Positions 31,501 through 44,211 of a stretch of DNA of 64,000 nucleotides are shown here, one piece after another. The translations under genes were made by a program, and so were the position numbers. The first letter of the stretch is position 1, and each line of letters opens with the position of its first letter. The DNA comes from an uncultured Gemmatimonadaceae bacterium (lineage in GTDB: Bacteria; Gemmatimonadota; Gemmatimonadetes; Gemmatimonadales; Gemmatimonadaceae). Location: contig CAWAGQ010000003.1 in NCBI GenBank assembly GCA_963781585.1, positions 32,001 through 96,000 on the forward strand, read 5' to 3'. The notes below the pieces were generated by a model that was given only the letters and a program-made list of their open reading frames with translations, made no database searches and had not been told where the DNA came from.

Positions 31501-33486
31501 CTAGTCGCCGTACGGGTCATCCACCGGCGTGGCCCGAAGGGCGGGACGCGCCGGCCGGTTCTCGAGCGCTCCCTGGACCGTCTTGCGGAACTGCGCCTTG
31601 AAGAACGCCTTGACGTCGTCCGGCTTCACCCGAAGCGTCGCGTCGCGCGCCCGCAGCACATCATGCTCGTCGTGCAGCAGGCACGCGTCTTCCACAAAAC
31701 CCAGCGTGATCGCAGGGTCGAGGGTGCGCAGTGACCGCATGACTGCTTCCACCAGCGACGGCTCCTCTGCTTGTGGAAACCGCTCGATGCCGTCGCGCCC
31801 CGAGAGTACGGCCGGTCGGGGGAAGCGCACGAACACGGGCTGAGTAAAATGTGGGTGGCGCACCATCAGTTGTCCCTTCTCGAGGATGGCGAGCTTGGTC
31901 TTGGTTGCCGCCCCAAGGACGGCATAACCGGGAGTTGCCAGCTCGTCCGCGTCCATCCGGCCGTAGAGCGCCGTTCCTGCGTTGCCCGCCAGTCGCCGGT
32001 GTACCTGCGACCGGAACTGCTGCGCACCGAACAACACGAGTCCCAGGTACCGTCCGCGTTCCGCGATATCGAGCAACATGTGACGCACGTAGGTCTCGGG
32101 ACCGTCGGCCGGCGCGTACTTGTTGAGTTCATCCACGAAGACGACGACATGGTTCACGCCGAGGGTCCGGCGTTCGAGGTGTTCCCGGAGCATCGAAATG
32201 ACGCGCGCGAAGATCAGGTCCTGCGCGTCCTCCTCGAGGCCGGCAACGTCGATCACGTACACCGCCCGGTCCTCGAAGGTGCCCCATGGGAGGTCGCTCA
32301 CCGCACCGTCGTCGGTCACCAGGCCGCGACAGCGGGTGGAGATGTTGGTAAGGCGGTTGCGCACCTTCCGGATGGTCGCGACATGATGGGTTCGCCACGC
32401 CTCGGCCCCCTTCTCTTCCATGCGCAGGAGCAGTTCGCGGAACCACTGATCGAGATCGCCGAACGACTGCACCCGGTAAAGGCGGTCGCCGAGCAGCGTG
32501 TGGTCGGTGAACTCCTTGCCGACCACGCGGTCGTTGATGAAGTCGATCAGGGCGTCGGCCTTGGCATCGATGTCGTCACGGTTGAGCAGCACGGCCGCGT
32601 ACTTGAGGACTTCGGTGAGGCCCCAGGTCAGGGCCGACACGTTGTGCATCAGGTCGGGGTGAGAGCGAAGCGTGTTGAGGGAATGGCGGCGCGCGGTGTA
32701 GGGGGCGAAGTACCGCACCCGCTCGAACGGTCGCGGCGAGACGCCTAACGCGTCGTACATCTCCCGGTCGGCGTCCTCGATCAGCGCCGGCTGGTCGAGA
32801 AAGCAGAGGTCCGGGCCCTTCACATTGAAGCAGAGCGCCGCCACCGACCCTTTCGAAGCCGGGAAGTGATCGAACAACGAGGCAAGGAGGAACTCGATCG
32901 CGCTCGTCTTGGTGGCCAGTCCCGAGACGCCCGTGATGTTGAGATGCGCCGCCTCAGGGCCGACCAGAAAGTCCGCATCGAGATAGATCGGCGCCTGGGT
33001 CCGCCCGGCGCGATACAGGCCCACGGGGATTCCGGTCCGCGACTCGGGACGGAGGTACGAGTCCATGCGGAGCGCCAGGGCGACATCAGCGGCGTCGGCG
33101 AGAAACACGGCCCCCATCCCCACCGGTTGCAAGGGCTCCTCGGGCTGCTGCCGCAGTACGGCCGCCGTGTACAGCCGGATCTCCGCACGCTCCGTGGGAG
33201 CGGTGGCGCCCGCTCCGGGCGCCCCGTCCAGCCCGATCACGTCGTGCAACGGTGACTCGAGGTCGGTGTAGCTCAAACCCTCCGTCACCACGCCGTAAAC
33301 GCGCGGAATCTGACCGTCGATCGGCGTCGCGCCCTCAACCCGCACGATGGTGCCGATCCCCACCGGAGAATCCAGCGCCGTCCAGAAATGAAAGGCGTGG
33401 GGCGTGTTGGGCTTTCGCTCCGTCGCAACCACGCGACCGAGCGGCGAAGGCGCGCCGTTGGAGGCGGATGGCTGGTGCTGATTCAT
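31501..33486 (-). CDS. herA: HerA-like ATPase/DNA translocase
   Basis: N-terminal HAS-barrel-like region, 'HLNITGVSGLATKTS', 'FNVKG', 'VFVDELNKYAP', 'IAERGRYLGLVLFGAQQ'. Confidence 0.85.
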   Translation of the reverse strand: MNQHQPSASNGAPSPLGRVVATERKPNTPHAFHFWTALDSPVGIGTIVRVEGATPIDGQIPRVYGVVTEGLSYTDLESPLHDVIGLDGAPGAGATAPTERAEIRLYTAAVLRQQPEEPLQPVGMGAVFLADAADVALALRMDSYLRPESRTGIPVGLYRAGRTQAPIYLDADFLVGPEAAHLNITGVSGLATKTSAIEFLLASLFDHFPASKGSVAALCFNVKGPDLCFLDQPALIEDADREMYDALGVSPRPFERVRYFAPYTARRHSLNTLRSHPDLMHNVSALTWGLTEVLKYAAVLLNRDDIDAKADALIDFINDRVVGKEFTDHTLLGDRLYRVQSFGDLDQWFRELLLRMEEKGAEAWRTHHVATIRKVRNRLTNISTRCRGLVTDDGAVSDLPWGTFEDRAVYVIDVAGLEEDAQDLIFARVISMLREHLERRTLGVNHVVVFVDELNKYAPADGPETYVRHMLLDIAERGRYLGLVLFGAQQFRSQVHRRLAGNAGTALYGRMDADELATPGYAVLGAATKTKLAILEKGQLMVRHPHFTQPVFVRFPRPAVLSGRDGIERFPQAEEPSLVEAVMRSLRTLDPAITLGFVEDACLLHDEHDVLRARDATLRVKPDDVKAFFKAQFRKTVQGALENRPARPALRATPVDDPYGD

Positions 33487-33632
33487 GGAGTCCTCGGAAC
33501 ACAAGTCAGGATCGACGCCGCTCGCAGACCAGCGCCGTCGTCACACGCGGCCGCCGCCCGCCCGCATCTTGACAGTTCTGCATGCGCCGGCCGATGCGGC
33601 GGGCAGGCCCACCGGCGTCGGGCGCATACCGG

Positions 33633-34652
33633 TTACCCGCGCACGCGCACGGCCCGAAGGTACGCCTCGCAGTCGCGGATTCCGTACGCCATCCGGTCCC
33701 ATCTCCGGTCGGGAAGCGAAACCGGACTGCGTTCGGAAAGTATCCAGCGCGAGATGGTGTCGGCACGGCTCGCGAGTGCCGGCTGCCCCGCTGTGTCCTC
33801 GGCGAATGCGACCTCCACGCGCACCAGGCCCCACATCGGGTCGTGTCCTTGCGCATCCCGCAAGCGCAGATACCAGCTCGCGACATCGGGCCGCCGACTC
33901 CGATGTACCCGAAAGACGCTGGAGCGCGTCTCGAAAGGGAGAGTCATGACGGTACGCAGGTCGTCGTTGACCGCGTACAGAGTGTGATGACTCTTGACGA
34001 CGCCGACGCACCACGGCGACGACGACGCGCGAACTCCGCGAGGTAGGCCCCCGTCCACGTACAGCGGCACTTCTGCCGATTCGCACCACAGTTCCGCCAG
34101 GTCGCGTTCCACTCCCTCGCGATCGTCCTTCACCCGTTGCAGCGCGCGTCGGAGCATCTCGCCGGGATGCAGCGGCGCGTCGGTCGGCGCACCGGCCTCG
34201 AGCGTGTCTACCATCGAGAGTCCCGCTCGCTGGAGTCTGCTCCACGCGGCCTCAGGCAGCAACGCGCGGGGTGCGTAGAGCCGGAGCCTGGCACGCGCCC
34301 CCGGACCCCAGGTGATCATGCGCCGGTCCACCCGCGAACGAATTACCGCAGCGACCCGGGCGCCGACCACCGGCACGCCATTCACATAGCCGGCTACCCG
34401 GCTCTCCTGCACGCCGTCGAGAAAGGCGACGAACGCGGTCTCCGCCACGCTCGACAGCCTGTGTGACCGGACGCGGGTTTCGCTCCCCTCGATCACCTCA
34501 CACACCTCGAGACGCGGCGGATCGGCGGGCAGGGCACCCATGTCGAGCAGCAGATCGTCGCCGAATCCGGTGGTGGCCTCCGGCAAGGTCGCGCCGAACG
34601 CGCGCCGCAGCTCGCGAAATGATCGAACGTCCAACGCCGGAACGCTGCTCAG
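33633..34652 (-). CDS. nurA: NurA-like nuclease
   Basis: 'AFLDGVQ', 'LYVDGGL', 'VGVVKSH', 'SWYLRL', 'GLVRVE', 'YGIRDCEAYL'; adjacent to herA; start uncertain (CTG 34652 or TTG 34634). Confidence 0.78.
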   Translation of the reverse strand: MSSVPALDVRSFRELRRAFGATLPEATTGFGDDLLLDMGALPADPPRLEVCEVIEGSETRVRSHRLSSVAETAFVAFLDGVQESRVAGYVNGVPVVGARVAAVIRSRVDRRMITWGPGARARLRLYAPRALLPEAAWSRLQRAGLSMVDTLEAGAPTDAPLHPGEMLRRALQRVKDDREGVERDLAELWCESAEVPLYVDGGLPRGVRASSSPWCVGVVKSHHTLYAVNDDLRTVMTLPFETRSSVFRVHRSRRPDVASWYLRLRDAQGHDPMWGLVRVEVAFAEDTAGQPALASRADTISRWILSERSPVSLPDRRWDRMAYGIRDCEAYLRAVRVRG

Positions 34653-34927
34653 GTGACGCCGATGTCCCACGCCTGTTCGAGGTCCTTCTTCGAGTACGCG
34701 CGAAACGCGGTCAACGTCTGGGTGCGCTCGATCCCCTTCACCGCGGGAAACTTCACCGTCACCACGTCGGCGATCTGATCGTAGTCCGCCACCTTCACGA
34801 TGACCACCAGATCCCACTCGCCCGACACCGAATACACGTCCTGCACACCGTCGATGCCGGCGATTTCACGGGCCGTGTCGGGAATGTGCTTCGGATCGGC
34901 ACGAACCAGCACAATGGTCGTTATCAC
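34649..34927 (-). CDS. Stand-alone Lrp/AsnC ligand-binding domain protein
   Basis: 'IAGIDGVQDVYSVSGEWDLVVIV..GIERTQTL'; no HTH; GTGA overlap with the upstream gene. Confidence 0.88.
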   Translation of the reverse strand: MITTIVLVRADPKHIPDTAREIAGIDGVQDVYSVSGEWDLVVIVKVADYDQIADVVTVKFPAVKGIERTQTLTAFRAYSKKDLEQAWDIGVT

Positions 34928-35430
34928 TGCTCCTCGGGAAATGGGGGAACCTCCAGCAGCCACACGCCCGCCAGTCCGTCGCGGCCATCGATGTCGAGCA
35001 GCAGGTCACGCGCGATGCGCACCGTGCGCGTGCTGCGCGAGGGTCCCAACCTGAAGTGAATGATTCGTTCGGCATGGTCGGACTCGGCCGCCAGCGCCGT
35101 GTTGATCTCGAGCGCCGATACCGCGCCGTTATCACCAGACCGGCCGATGGTCACGTGCGCGTCCTCGACCTCCCCGGGCGGCGCCAGGCCCTCCCGTTTC
35201 CGCACCGCGGGCCACACCGCCACCTCGAAGCCTCGAATGCGGCCCCCGGAAACGTCGAACAGGAGCCACGATCCGTCCTGACCCTCGACGTCGACACTGC
35301 CGGACGGCCCGTCCAGCCCGGCCGGCTGCGGGAGATTGGCGGTGAGGATGTCCGTATCAGGGTCCCATCGATACTCGACCGGGCCCGGCGACTGCACCGC
35401 TGGTTGAACTCGAACGGGAATGCTCAGCAC
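34924..35430 (-). CDS. Hypothetical protein with two DUF2283-like repeats
   Basis: 'YRWDPDTDIL..LLFDVSGGRIRGFEV' and 'SDHAERIIHFRL..LLLDIDGRDGLAGVWL'; start uncertain. Confidence 0.65.
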   Translation of the reverse strand: MLSIPVRVQPAVQSPGPVEYRWDPDTDILTANLPQPAGLDGPSGSVDVEGQDGSWLLFDVSGGRIRGFEVAVWPAVRKREGLAPPGEVEDAHVTIGRSGDNGAVSALEINTALAAESDHAERIIHFRLGPSRSTRTVRIARDLLLDIDGRDGLAGVWLLEVPPFPEEQ

Positions 35431-35613
35431 ATTCGCTCCACTCTGGCGCGATAATCTCCGTCGCGAACCCCGCGTCTCCATCATCGCGCGAATGCGCAGC
35501 GAAGCGCGACACCGCACGTCGGCGCATCGGTGCGCCAAAGATACGTTGACGCTCGCCGGCGTCACCAGACTTCCGGCGCCGATGACGCGATGTTCCAGCG
35601 GACGCCGGCCGCG

Positions 35614-36831
35614 TTACGGAGTCGTTAACGCACTGTCGCGCAGTGCGTTCCAGAGCCGAACCACCCGGCGCACTCCCTCCACCACCTCCGACTCGGCCGC
35701 GGCGTACGACACCCGGATCCAGTCCGGCGCGTGGAACGCGGAACCGGGCACCACCGCCACCCCCTCGTCGTCGAGGAGCCGTGAGGCAAATGCGGAACCC
35801 GCGTTGCCCCCGAGCGCCGTCTCGCCGACGAGCAGGAACAGATAGAACGCCCCCTCGGGCCTAACGAACTGGAGCTCGGCAGCCTCGCCCAGGATCCCGA
35901 GAGCGGCGTCCCGGCGCCGCCGATATTCCGCGACCATGCGCCCGATGGCGCGCTGCGCCTGGTCCCGCTCGGTGAGCCCCGCGAGCGCCGCGTGCTGCGC
36001 CACTGTCGTGGCGTTCGACGTGGTGTGTGACTGCAGGGCCGTCATGGTCGCGGCAACCCGCGACGGCGCGATGCCCCACCCGACTCGCCACCCGGTCATC
36101 GCATACGCCTTGGCCATGCCATCTACTACAACAAGGTTGTCTCGCGCCTCGGCGACCGACAGGACACTCGCCGCCGCTCCGTCGTAGGCGATCTGTCGAT
36201 AGATCTCGTCGCTGATGACCCACAGCCCGCGTTCGGCAGCGAACCGCACGATGGCGCCCAGCTCATCCCGCGAATAGACGGCGCCGGTGGGATTGCTCGG
36301 CGAGTTCAGCACGACGCCGCGGGAGTGCGGCGTGCACGCCCGGCGGAGGTCGTCCGCGCTCACCTTCAGGCTGTGGTCCGGATCGCCGAACACTCGCACC
36401 GGCACTGCCCGCGCGAGCTCGATCATCTCGTAATAACTCGTCCACGCCGGCGTGGGCACCAGCACTTCGTCGCCCGGTCCGAAGAGCACGAAACAGGCGT
36501 TGAAGAGAGCCTGCTTCGACCCGGTGCTGACAACGACGTCGCGGGGGTCGATCGATCCGCCCGTCAGAGTCAGCTCGGCGGCGCGGGCCGCAATGGCCTG
36601 TCGCAGGGGGAGGATCCCCTCGACCGCGGTGTACTTCGTGGCACCCTCGTCGAGGGCACGCTGCGCAGCCCGACGGATGAAACCCGGCGTCTCGAAATCC
36701 GGCTCGCCGGCGCCAAGATCGATCACCCGATGCCCAGCCGCTTTCAGCGCACTCGCCTTCTGCGACACGGCGATGGTCGCCGATTCACGCAGTCGCGCTA
36801 CGTTGCCCGATGGATCGTAGGTCCTTTCCAT
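35614..36831 (-). CDS. PLP-dependent aminotransferase class I/II (aspartate aminotransferase-like)
   Basis: LGAGEPDF, LNSPSNPTG, ISDEIY, AKAYAMTGWRVG, PEGAFY. Confidence 0.93.
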   Translation of the reverse strand: MERTYDPSGNVARLRESATIAVSQKASALKAAGHRVIDLGAGEPDFETPGFIRRAAQRALDEGATKYTAVEGILPLRQAIAARAAELTLTGGSIDPRDVVVSTGSKQALFNACFVLFGPGDEVLVPTPAWTSYYEMIELARAVPVRVFGDPDHSLKVSADDLRRACTPHSRGVVLNSPSNPTGAVYSRDELGAIVRFAAERGLWVISDEIYRQIAYDGAAASVLSVAEARDNLVVVDGMAKAYAMTGWRVGWGIAPSRVAATMTALQSHTTSNATTVAQHAALAGLTERDQAQRAIGRMVAEYRRRRDAALGILGEAAELQFVRPEGAFYLFLLVGETALGGNAGSAFASRLLDDEGVAVVPGSAFHAPDWIRVSYAAAESEVVEGVRRVVRLWNALRDSALTTP

Positions 36832-36934
36832 GGTTCGCTATGAAAATCAAGGGGCTCGCCCACGTAGAGACGCGACGCAGTCCCGGCTATACTTGAGTCC
36901 CGCATCAAAGTAACGCCGCGGGCGGTAGAGGGCT

Positions 36935-38662
36935 TTGACAATCGACGAGGGAACCGTGGAGCAGGGCATCCGGGAAGAGCCGGCTGCAACGCGCAGCCAG
37001 CACGTTGTGCATGTGATCCGCCGCGAGAGCGCCGAGGCAGCGCGCATCGTTGCGGCAGCCGTCGAACGAAACCCCGCCGAGGGAGGCCGCCCGGGCGTGG
37101 TGGTGGTGGTGCCCGCGGTGAGCGATGCGATCGCACTCGCAGAAGAGCTCAATCCGCAGCTGTCTGCATCCGGCCCGTCCCTCCTGCCGGTCACGTCGTT
37201 GCCTCGGGCGAGGCGCCGACTGGCAGGTCGGGACCTGTCGGTTGCCGGCACAGCGTCGGATCTGCTGCGCCTCCTGGGCACATCGGCGCTCAAGCTGGAC
37301 GCGGCGCACACGGCCGTGTTGCTGTGGGCGAATGAGCAGATGGAGCCGCAGGCGCGCGAGGTTCTCGACACCATCTTTGCGGAGCTGCCCAAAGAGGGAG
37401 AGCGAATTGCCATCGCCGCGGACACGAGCGACGCGCTGAACGAGTTTCTCGAACGCTGGATGCGTCGTGCCAGACGCGTCGTACACGACCAACCGGTCGC
37501 CGCCGCGGACGTTGCGCTTCAGTACCTCGTGAGCGCCCCCGCGAGCCGACTCGACGCATTGCGCCTGCTGCTCGATGCCATCGACCCACCGACTGCTCGG
37601 GTCGTGGCGTTTGGCGACGAAGGGGGGCGGCTGGCCGCACGCGCCGTGTCCGCGCTGGGTTATGTGGCGGGAGACGACGTTCGCGTGACAGCAGGACCGC
37701 CATCCGAGGACACCGACCTCCTTGTGCTTTTCGACGATCCCCCGGACGCGGAGGTCCTGCGACAGGCCGTGTCCCGGGCGCGCGTTGCCGTGGCGTTGGT
37801 GCCACCGTCTCACGTCTCGCGCCTGTGCGCCCTTGCTGGACCAGGGTGCACACCGCTCACGCTCAGCGACGCGTTCCAGGCGGCTCGTTCGGCGGACGAC
37901 GCGCTCCGCGACGAGCTGCGCGGCGTGATGCGCGGCGGAGCGATCGACGCGCAGATCCGTCAGATCGAGCCGCTGTGCGACGAGCAGGACCCTGTTCGCA
38001 TCGCCGCTGCCGCCGTCCTTCTCCTGCAGAAGGAGCGACAGCGGGCCCGTCGTTCCGCGGAGCGAGCGGCGCCGCGACAGACGGTTGCCGCGGCCAATCC
38101 GGCTCCCGCGGAGTCGTTCGCGCGGTTGTACCTCAACGTGGGAGAGCGGGACGGTGTCCGTCGCGGCGATCTGGTGGGCGCCATCACGGGCGAGACAGGT
38201 CTGGTTGGCACCCAGATCGGGCGAATCGAGTTGCGCGACACGCACGCGATCGTGGAGATCGCCAGCGACGTCGCGGCCCGCGTGATCGAGCAGCTCAATG
38301 GAGCGAACATCCGCGGCCGGCGCGTAGTGGCGCGCGAAGATCGCGAACGGGGTCAGAAGGGCCCGCCGGCTCGCGGTCGGGAGGAGCGCGGCGCTCCGCG
38401 CGGCCGGGAGGAGCGCGGCGCCCAGCGCGGCCGGGAGGAGCGCGGCGGTCCTAGGGGTCGGGAGGAGCGAGGCACCCAGCGCGCCCACGGCGCAGGCGAC
38501 AAGCGGGTGGGGCGATCCACGAGCGCTGGACGCGGTCGCAAAGTCGATGACATCGAGCGCGTTCCACGAGCGACGCATGAAGCCGAGGAGTGGTCAGCAC
38601 GTGGTGAGCGGCTCCGCCTGTCGCGGGGTGGACCCGAAGAAAGCGATCGGGAGGGTGCATGA
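36935..38662 (+). CDS. Degenerate DEAD-box helicase-like protein with C-terminal DbpA RNA-binding domain
   Basis: DbpA RBD '[30 protein letters not shown]'; remnants of motifs Ia, Ib and II without the catalytic residues. Confidence 0.8.
   Translation: MTIDEGTVEQGIREEPAATRSQHVVHVIRRESAEAARIVAAAVERNPAEGGRPGVVVVVPAVSDAIALAEELNPQLSASGPSLLPVTSLPRARRRLAGRDLSVAGTASDLLRLLGTSALKLDAAHTAVLLWANEQMEPQAREVLDTIFAELPKEGERIAIAADTSDALNEFLERWMRRARRVVHDQPVAAADVALQYLVSAPASRLDALRLLLDAIDPPTARVVAFGDEGGRLAARAVSALGYVAGDDVRVTAGPPSEDTDLLVLFDDPPDAEVLRQAVSRARVAVALVPPSHVSRLCALAGPGCTPLTLSDAFQAARSADDALRDELRGVMRGGAIDAQIRQIEPLCDEQDPVRIAAAAVLLLQKERQRARRSAERAAPRQTVAAANPAPAESFARLYLNVGERDGVRRGDLVGAITGETGLVGTQIGRIELRDTHAIVEIASDVAARVIEQLNGANIRGRRVVAREDRERGQKGPPARGREERGAPRGREERGAQRGREERGGPRGREERGTQRAHGAGDKRVGRSTSAGRGRKVDDIERVPRATHEAEEWSARGERLRLSRGGPEESDREGA
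38372..38479 (+). repeat. 27-bp coding tandem repeat x4 (RGREERGxx)
   Basis: Units such as cgcggccgggaggagcgcggcgcccag repeated four times. Confidence 0.9.
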
Positions 38663-39270
38663 GCGGCCTGCAGTTCACGGGTGGCTGGATCGAAGTCATC
38701 GCGGGGGTGATGTTCAGCGGCAAGACCGAGGAATTGATGCGCCGCGTGCGGCGCGCGATGATCGCCCGGAAGCGCGTGCAGGTCTTCAAGTCCCACCTCG
38801 ATAGCCGATACGCAGGCGTCTTCTCTGTTTCCAGCCACGACGGCCGGTCGGTGGAGGCGATTCCGGTGGACTCCTCCGTACAGATCGCCCAGCGGATCGA
38901 TCCGATCGCGCAGGTCATCGCGATCGACGAGGCGCAGTTTCTGGATCACGGCATCCTCGAGGTCTCGGCGTCGTTGGCCCAGCGTGGTCGCCGTGTGATC
39001 ATCGCCGGGCTGGATACCGATTTCCGCGGTCTGCCGTTCGGGCCCATGGCCGAGCTCATGGCGGTGGCGGAGGTGGTCGACAAGCTGCACGCCATCTGTG
39101 TGCTGTGCGGCGCTCCGGCGACGCGCACGCAGCGGCTGATCGAGGGCAAGCCGGCCGCGTGGGACTCCGCGACCATCATGGTGGGCGGCCGCGAAGCGTA
39201 CGAGGCTCGGTGCCGGTCGTGTCATGTCGTGCGCCCGCACGACGAGGCGCAGCGCGCACTCTCCATCTAG
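38659..39270 (+). CDS. tdk: Thymidine kinase
   Basis: [26 protein letters not shown], Zn cysteines, '[14 protein letters not shown]'. Confidence 0.95.
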   Translation: MSGLQFTGGWIEVIAGVMFSGKTEELMRRVRRAMIARKRVQVFKSHLDSRYAGVFSVSSHDGRSVEAIPVDSSVQIAQRIDPIAQVIAIDEAQFLDHGILEVSASLAQRGRRVIIAGLDTDFRGLPFGPMAELMAVAEVVDKLHAICVLCGAPATRTQRLIEGKPAAWDSATIMVGGREAYEARCRSCHVVRPHDEAQRALSI

Positions 39271-39289
39271 CGCGCGCCGGCCAGACCCG

Positions 39290-39949
39290 CTAGCCGCCGC
39301 CCGTGGGTCCGTGCGCCAGCCTCAGGAACTCGTCCCGGGTCTTGGCGTCGGTGCGGAATGTTCCCAGCAGGGCCGAAGTGATCGTCCTCGAATTCTGCTT
39401 TTCCACACCCCGCATCATCATGCACAGGTGGGACGCCTCGATCACCACGCCCACCCCGAGCGGGTTCAGGACGTCGCGCACGGCTTCCGCGATCTGGCCG
39501 GTAAGGCGCTCCTGCACCTGCAGGCGTCGGGCGAACATGTCGACCAGTCGCGGCAGTTTGGACAGGCCCACGATCCGACCATTCGGAATATAGGCGATGT
39601 GTGCCTTGCCGAAGAACGGAAGGAGATGATGCTCGCATAACGAGTAGAGCTCGATGTCGCGCACCATGATCATGTTGTCGTGCTCGTCATCGAATACGCC
39701 CAGGCCGACGGCATCGCGCAGATCGACCTCGTAGCCGCGCGTGAGCGATTCCATTGTCCGGGCGACGCGCTCCGGGGTGCGCGACAACCCTTCGCGGTTC
39801 GGATCCTCCCCGAGCAACTCGATTTGGCGCTTCACGAGCGTGGCGTACTCATCCAGACGCATTGACTCCGCGTCGAACCCGGCGCGCTGCTGCCGCTCGC
39901 CCTGATACAATCGCAGGGGCGTGTCCGTCTCGTCCTCGTCGTGCTTCAT
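39290..39949 (-). CDS. folE: GTP cyclohydrolase I
   Basis: [49 protein letters not shown]. Confidence 0.96.
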   Translation of the reverse strand: MKHDEDETDTPLRLYQGERQQRAGFDAESMRLDEYATLVKRQIELLGEDPNREGLSRTPERVARTMESLTRGYEVDLRDAVGLGVFDDEHDNMIMVRDIELYSLCEHHLLPFFGKAHIAYIPNGRIVGLSKLPRLVDMFARRLQVQERLTGQIAEAVRDVLNPLGVGVVIEASHLCMMMRGVEKQNSRTITSALLGTFRTDAKTRDEFLRLAHGPTGGG

Positions 39950-40152
39950 GGCTCTCTCCCGTGCCCGGAGCGGACGCGCCACCATGGACGCGGAGCCCGC
40001 AGATTCGACCGCGCGGCGCGCGGACGCCATGAAATTAGCGCCGCGCCCGGGTGGAGCGCCGCCGGTAAGGCGTTGATCACTGGTTGCCCATGGGGCCGGC
40101 GGCTCCTAATCTCCGAATTCCGAACCTTGGCACTCTTCACACGGGGCGCCCC

Positions 40153-40758
40153 GTGCTCCTGGTCGGTCTCACCGGAAACATCGCCAGCGGGAAGTCGGTG
40201 GTCACCCGCCTGCTGGCACGTCACGGCGCCACGATCGTCGACGCCGACGTGCTCGCGCGGAAGGTCGTCGAACCGGGGACGCCGGGGCACGCCGAGATCG
40301 TGGCCCGCTGGGGCAGCGAGGTTCTGCTCCCGGACGAGTCGGTGAACCGCGAGGCCCTGCGCCACATCGTCTTCGCTGACCCCGCGGAGCGTGAGGCCCT
40401 CAATGCCATCGTGCATCCACGGGTGCAGACGCTGCGCGACGAACTGCTGGAGGAGGCGCGCCTGCGCGGCGATCGCATCGTCGTCTGCGACATCCCGCTG
40501 CTCTTCGAACGCGCGCTGGAGGCGGAGTTCGATTGCGTGATTCTCGTCGACTCGCCGATGGCGATGCGCCTCGACCGCCTGATGCGTCTCCGGGGCCTCG
40601 ACGAAGGGGAGGCGCGGCGGATGATCGCGTCTCAACTCCCCGCCGAGACAAAGCGTGCCCGTGCGCGACACGTCATCGAGAACGATGGTGCGATCGCCGA
40701 ACTGGAGGGGCGCGTCGCACAGATCTGGCGCCTCCTCGAGATCGAAGCGGCGCGATAG
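40153..40758 (+). CDS. coaE: Dephospho-CoA kinase
   Basis: VGLTGNIASGKS, VDAD, LNAIVHP, DIPLLFE. Confidence 0.95.
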   Translation: MLLVGLTGNIASGKSVVTRLLARHGATIVDADVLARKVVEPGTPGHAEIVARWGSEVLLPDESVNREALRHIVFADPAEREALNAIVHPRVQTLRDELLEEARLRGDRIVVCDIPLLFERALEAEFDCVILVDSPMAMRLDRLMRLRGLDEGEARRMIASQLPAETKRARARHVIENDGAIAELEGRVAQIWRLLEIEAAR

Positions 40759-40792
40759 CCCGTGGGCGTCCGTGCGACCACGGGCGATTTTC

Positions 40793-40822
40793 TTGACAAT
40801 GCGTCGGGACGGCCGGTAGACT
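40793..40822 (+). promoter_or_regulatory. Sigma70-type promoter upstream of gcvH
   Basis: TTGACA, 18-nt spacer, TAGACT, about 30 nt before the start codon. Confidence 0.5.
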
Positions 40823-40853
40823 TCGCGCCGACTTTCCACTTGCGGACAACTCC

Positions 40854-41243
40854 GTGGCGAACATCCCGGGCGACCTTCTCTACACGGCCGATCACGAATA
40901 CGTGAAGGCGAGCGGCGACGCAGGCGTCTATGTCGTCGGCATTACCGACTACGCGCAGGATCAACTGGGCGACGTGGTCTTCGTCGAACTGCCCAAGGTG
41001 GGAACGAAGTTCGGCCACCACGACGTGTTCGGGACCATCGAAGCCGTGAAGGCCGTCTCCGAGCTGTACTCTCCGCTCTCCGGCGAAGTGGTGGAAATCA
41101 ACGGACGGCTCGACGCCGAGCCCGCGCTCGTCAATTCGGACCCCTACGGCGAAGGCTGGATGATCCGGATCCGCGCGACGAACGAGCACGAGCGCGATGG
41201 GTTGCTGAACGCCGAGGCGTACACCAGGCACGTCGGCGAGTAG
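40854..41243 (+). CDS. gcvH: Glycine cleavage system H protein
   Basis: GITDYAQDQLGDVVFVELP, lipoyl site IEAVKAVSE, NSDPYGEGW. Confidence 0.96.
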   Translation: MANIPGDLLYTADHEYVKASGDAGVYVVGITDYAQDQLGDVVFVELPKVGTKFGHHDVFGTIEAVKAVSELYSPLSGEVVEINGRLDAEPALVNSDPYGEGWMIRIRATNEHERDGLLNAEAYTRHVGE

Positions 41244-41319
41244 CGCCGCCCGGGGCGACGACGGTTTGCGCTCCGGCTGCCGTAGTCAGACCGGTCGGAT
41301 GGCGCGCACCACCGGACAG

Positions 41320-44211
<2,892 letters not shown>

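Noticed and set aside
25721..34652. HerA/SMC cluster as an anti-phage defence island
   Set aside because: No Sir2, DUF4297 or other effector partner, no mobility genes, host-like composition, and housekeeping genes on both sides. A repair role is more parsimonious.
38372..38479. CRISPR array
   Set aside because: The 27-bp units are contiguous with no unique spacers, in frame within a CDS, and there are no cas genes. The heptamer arrays also lack spacers.
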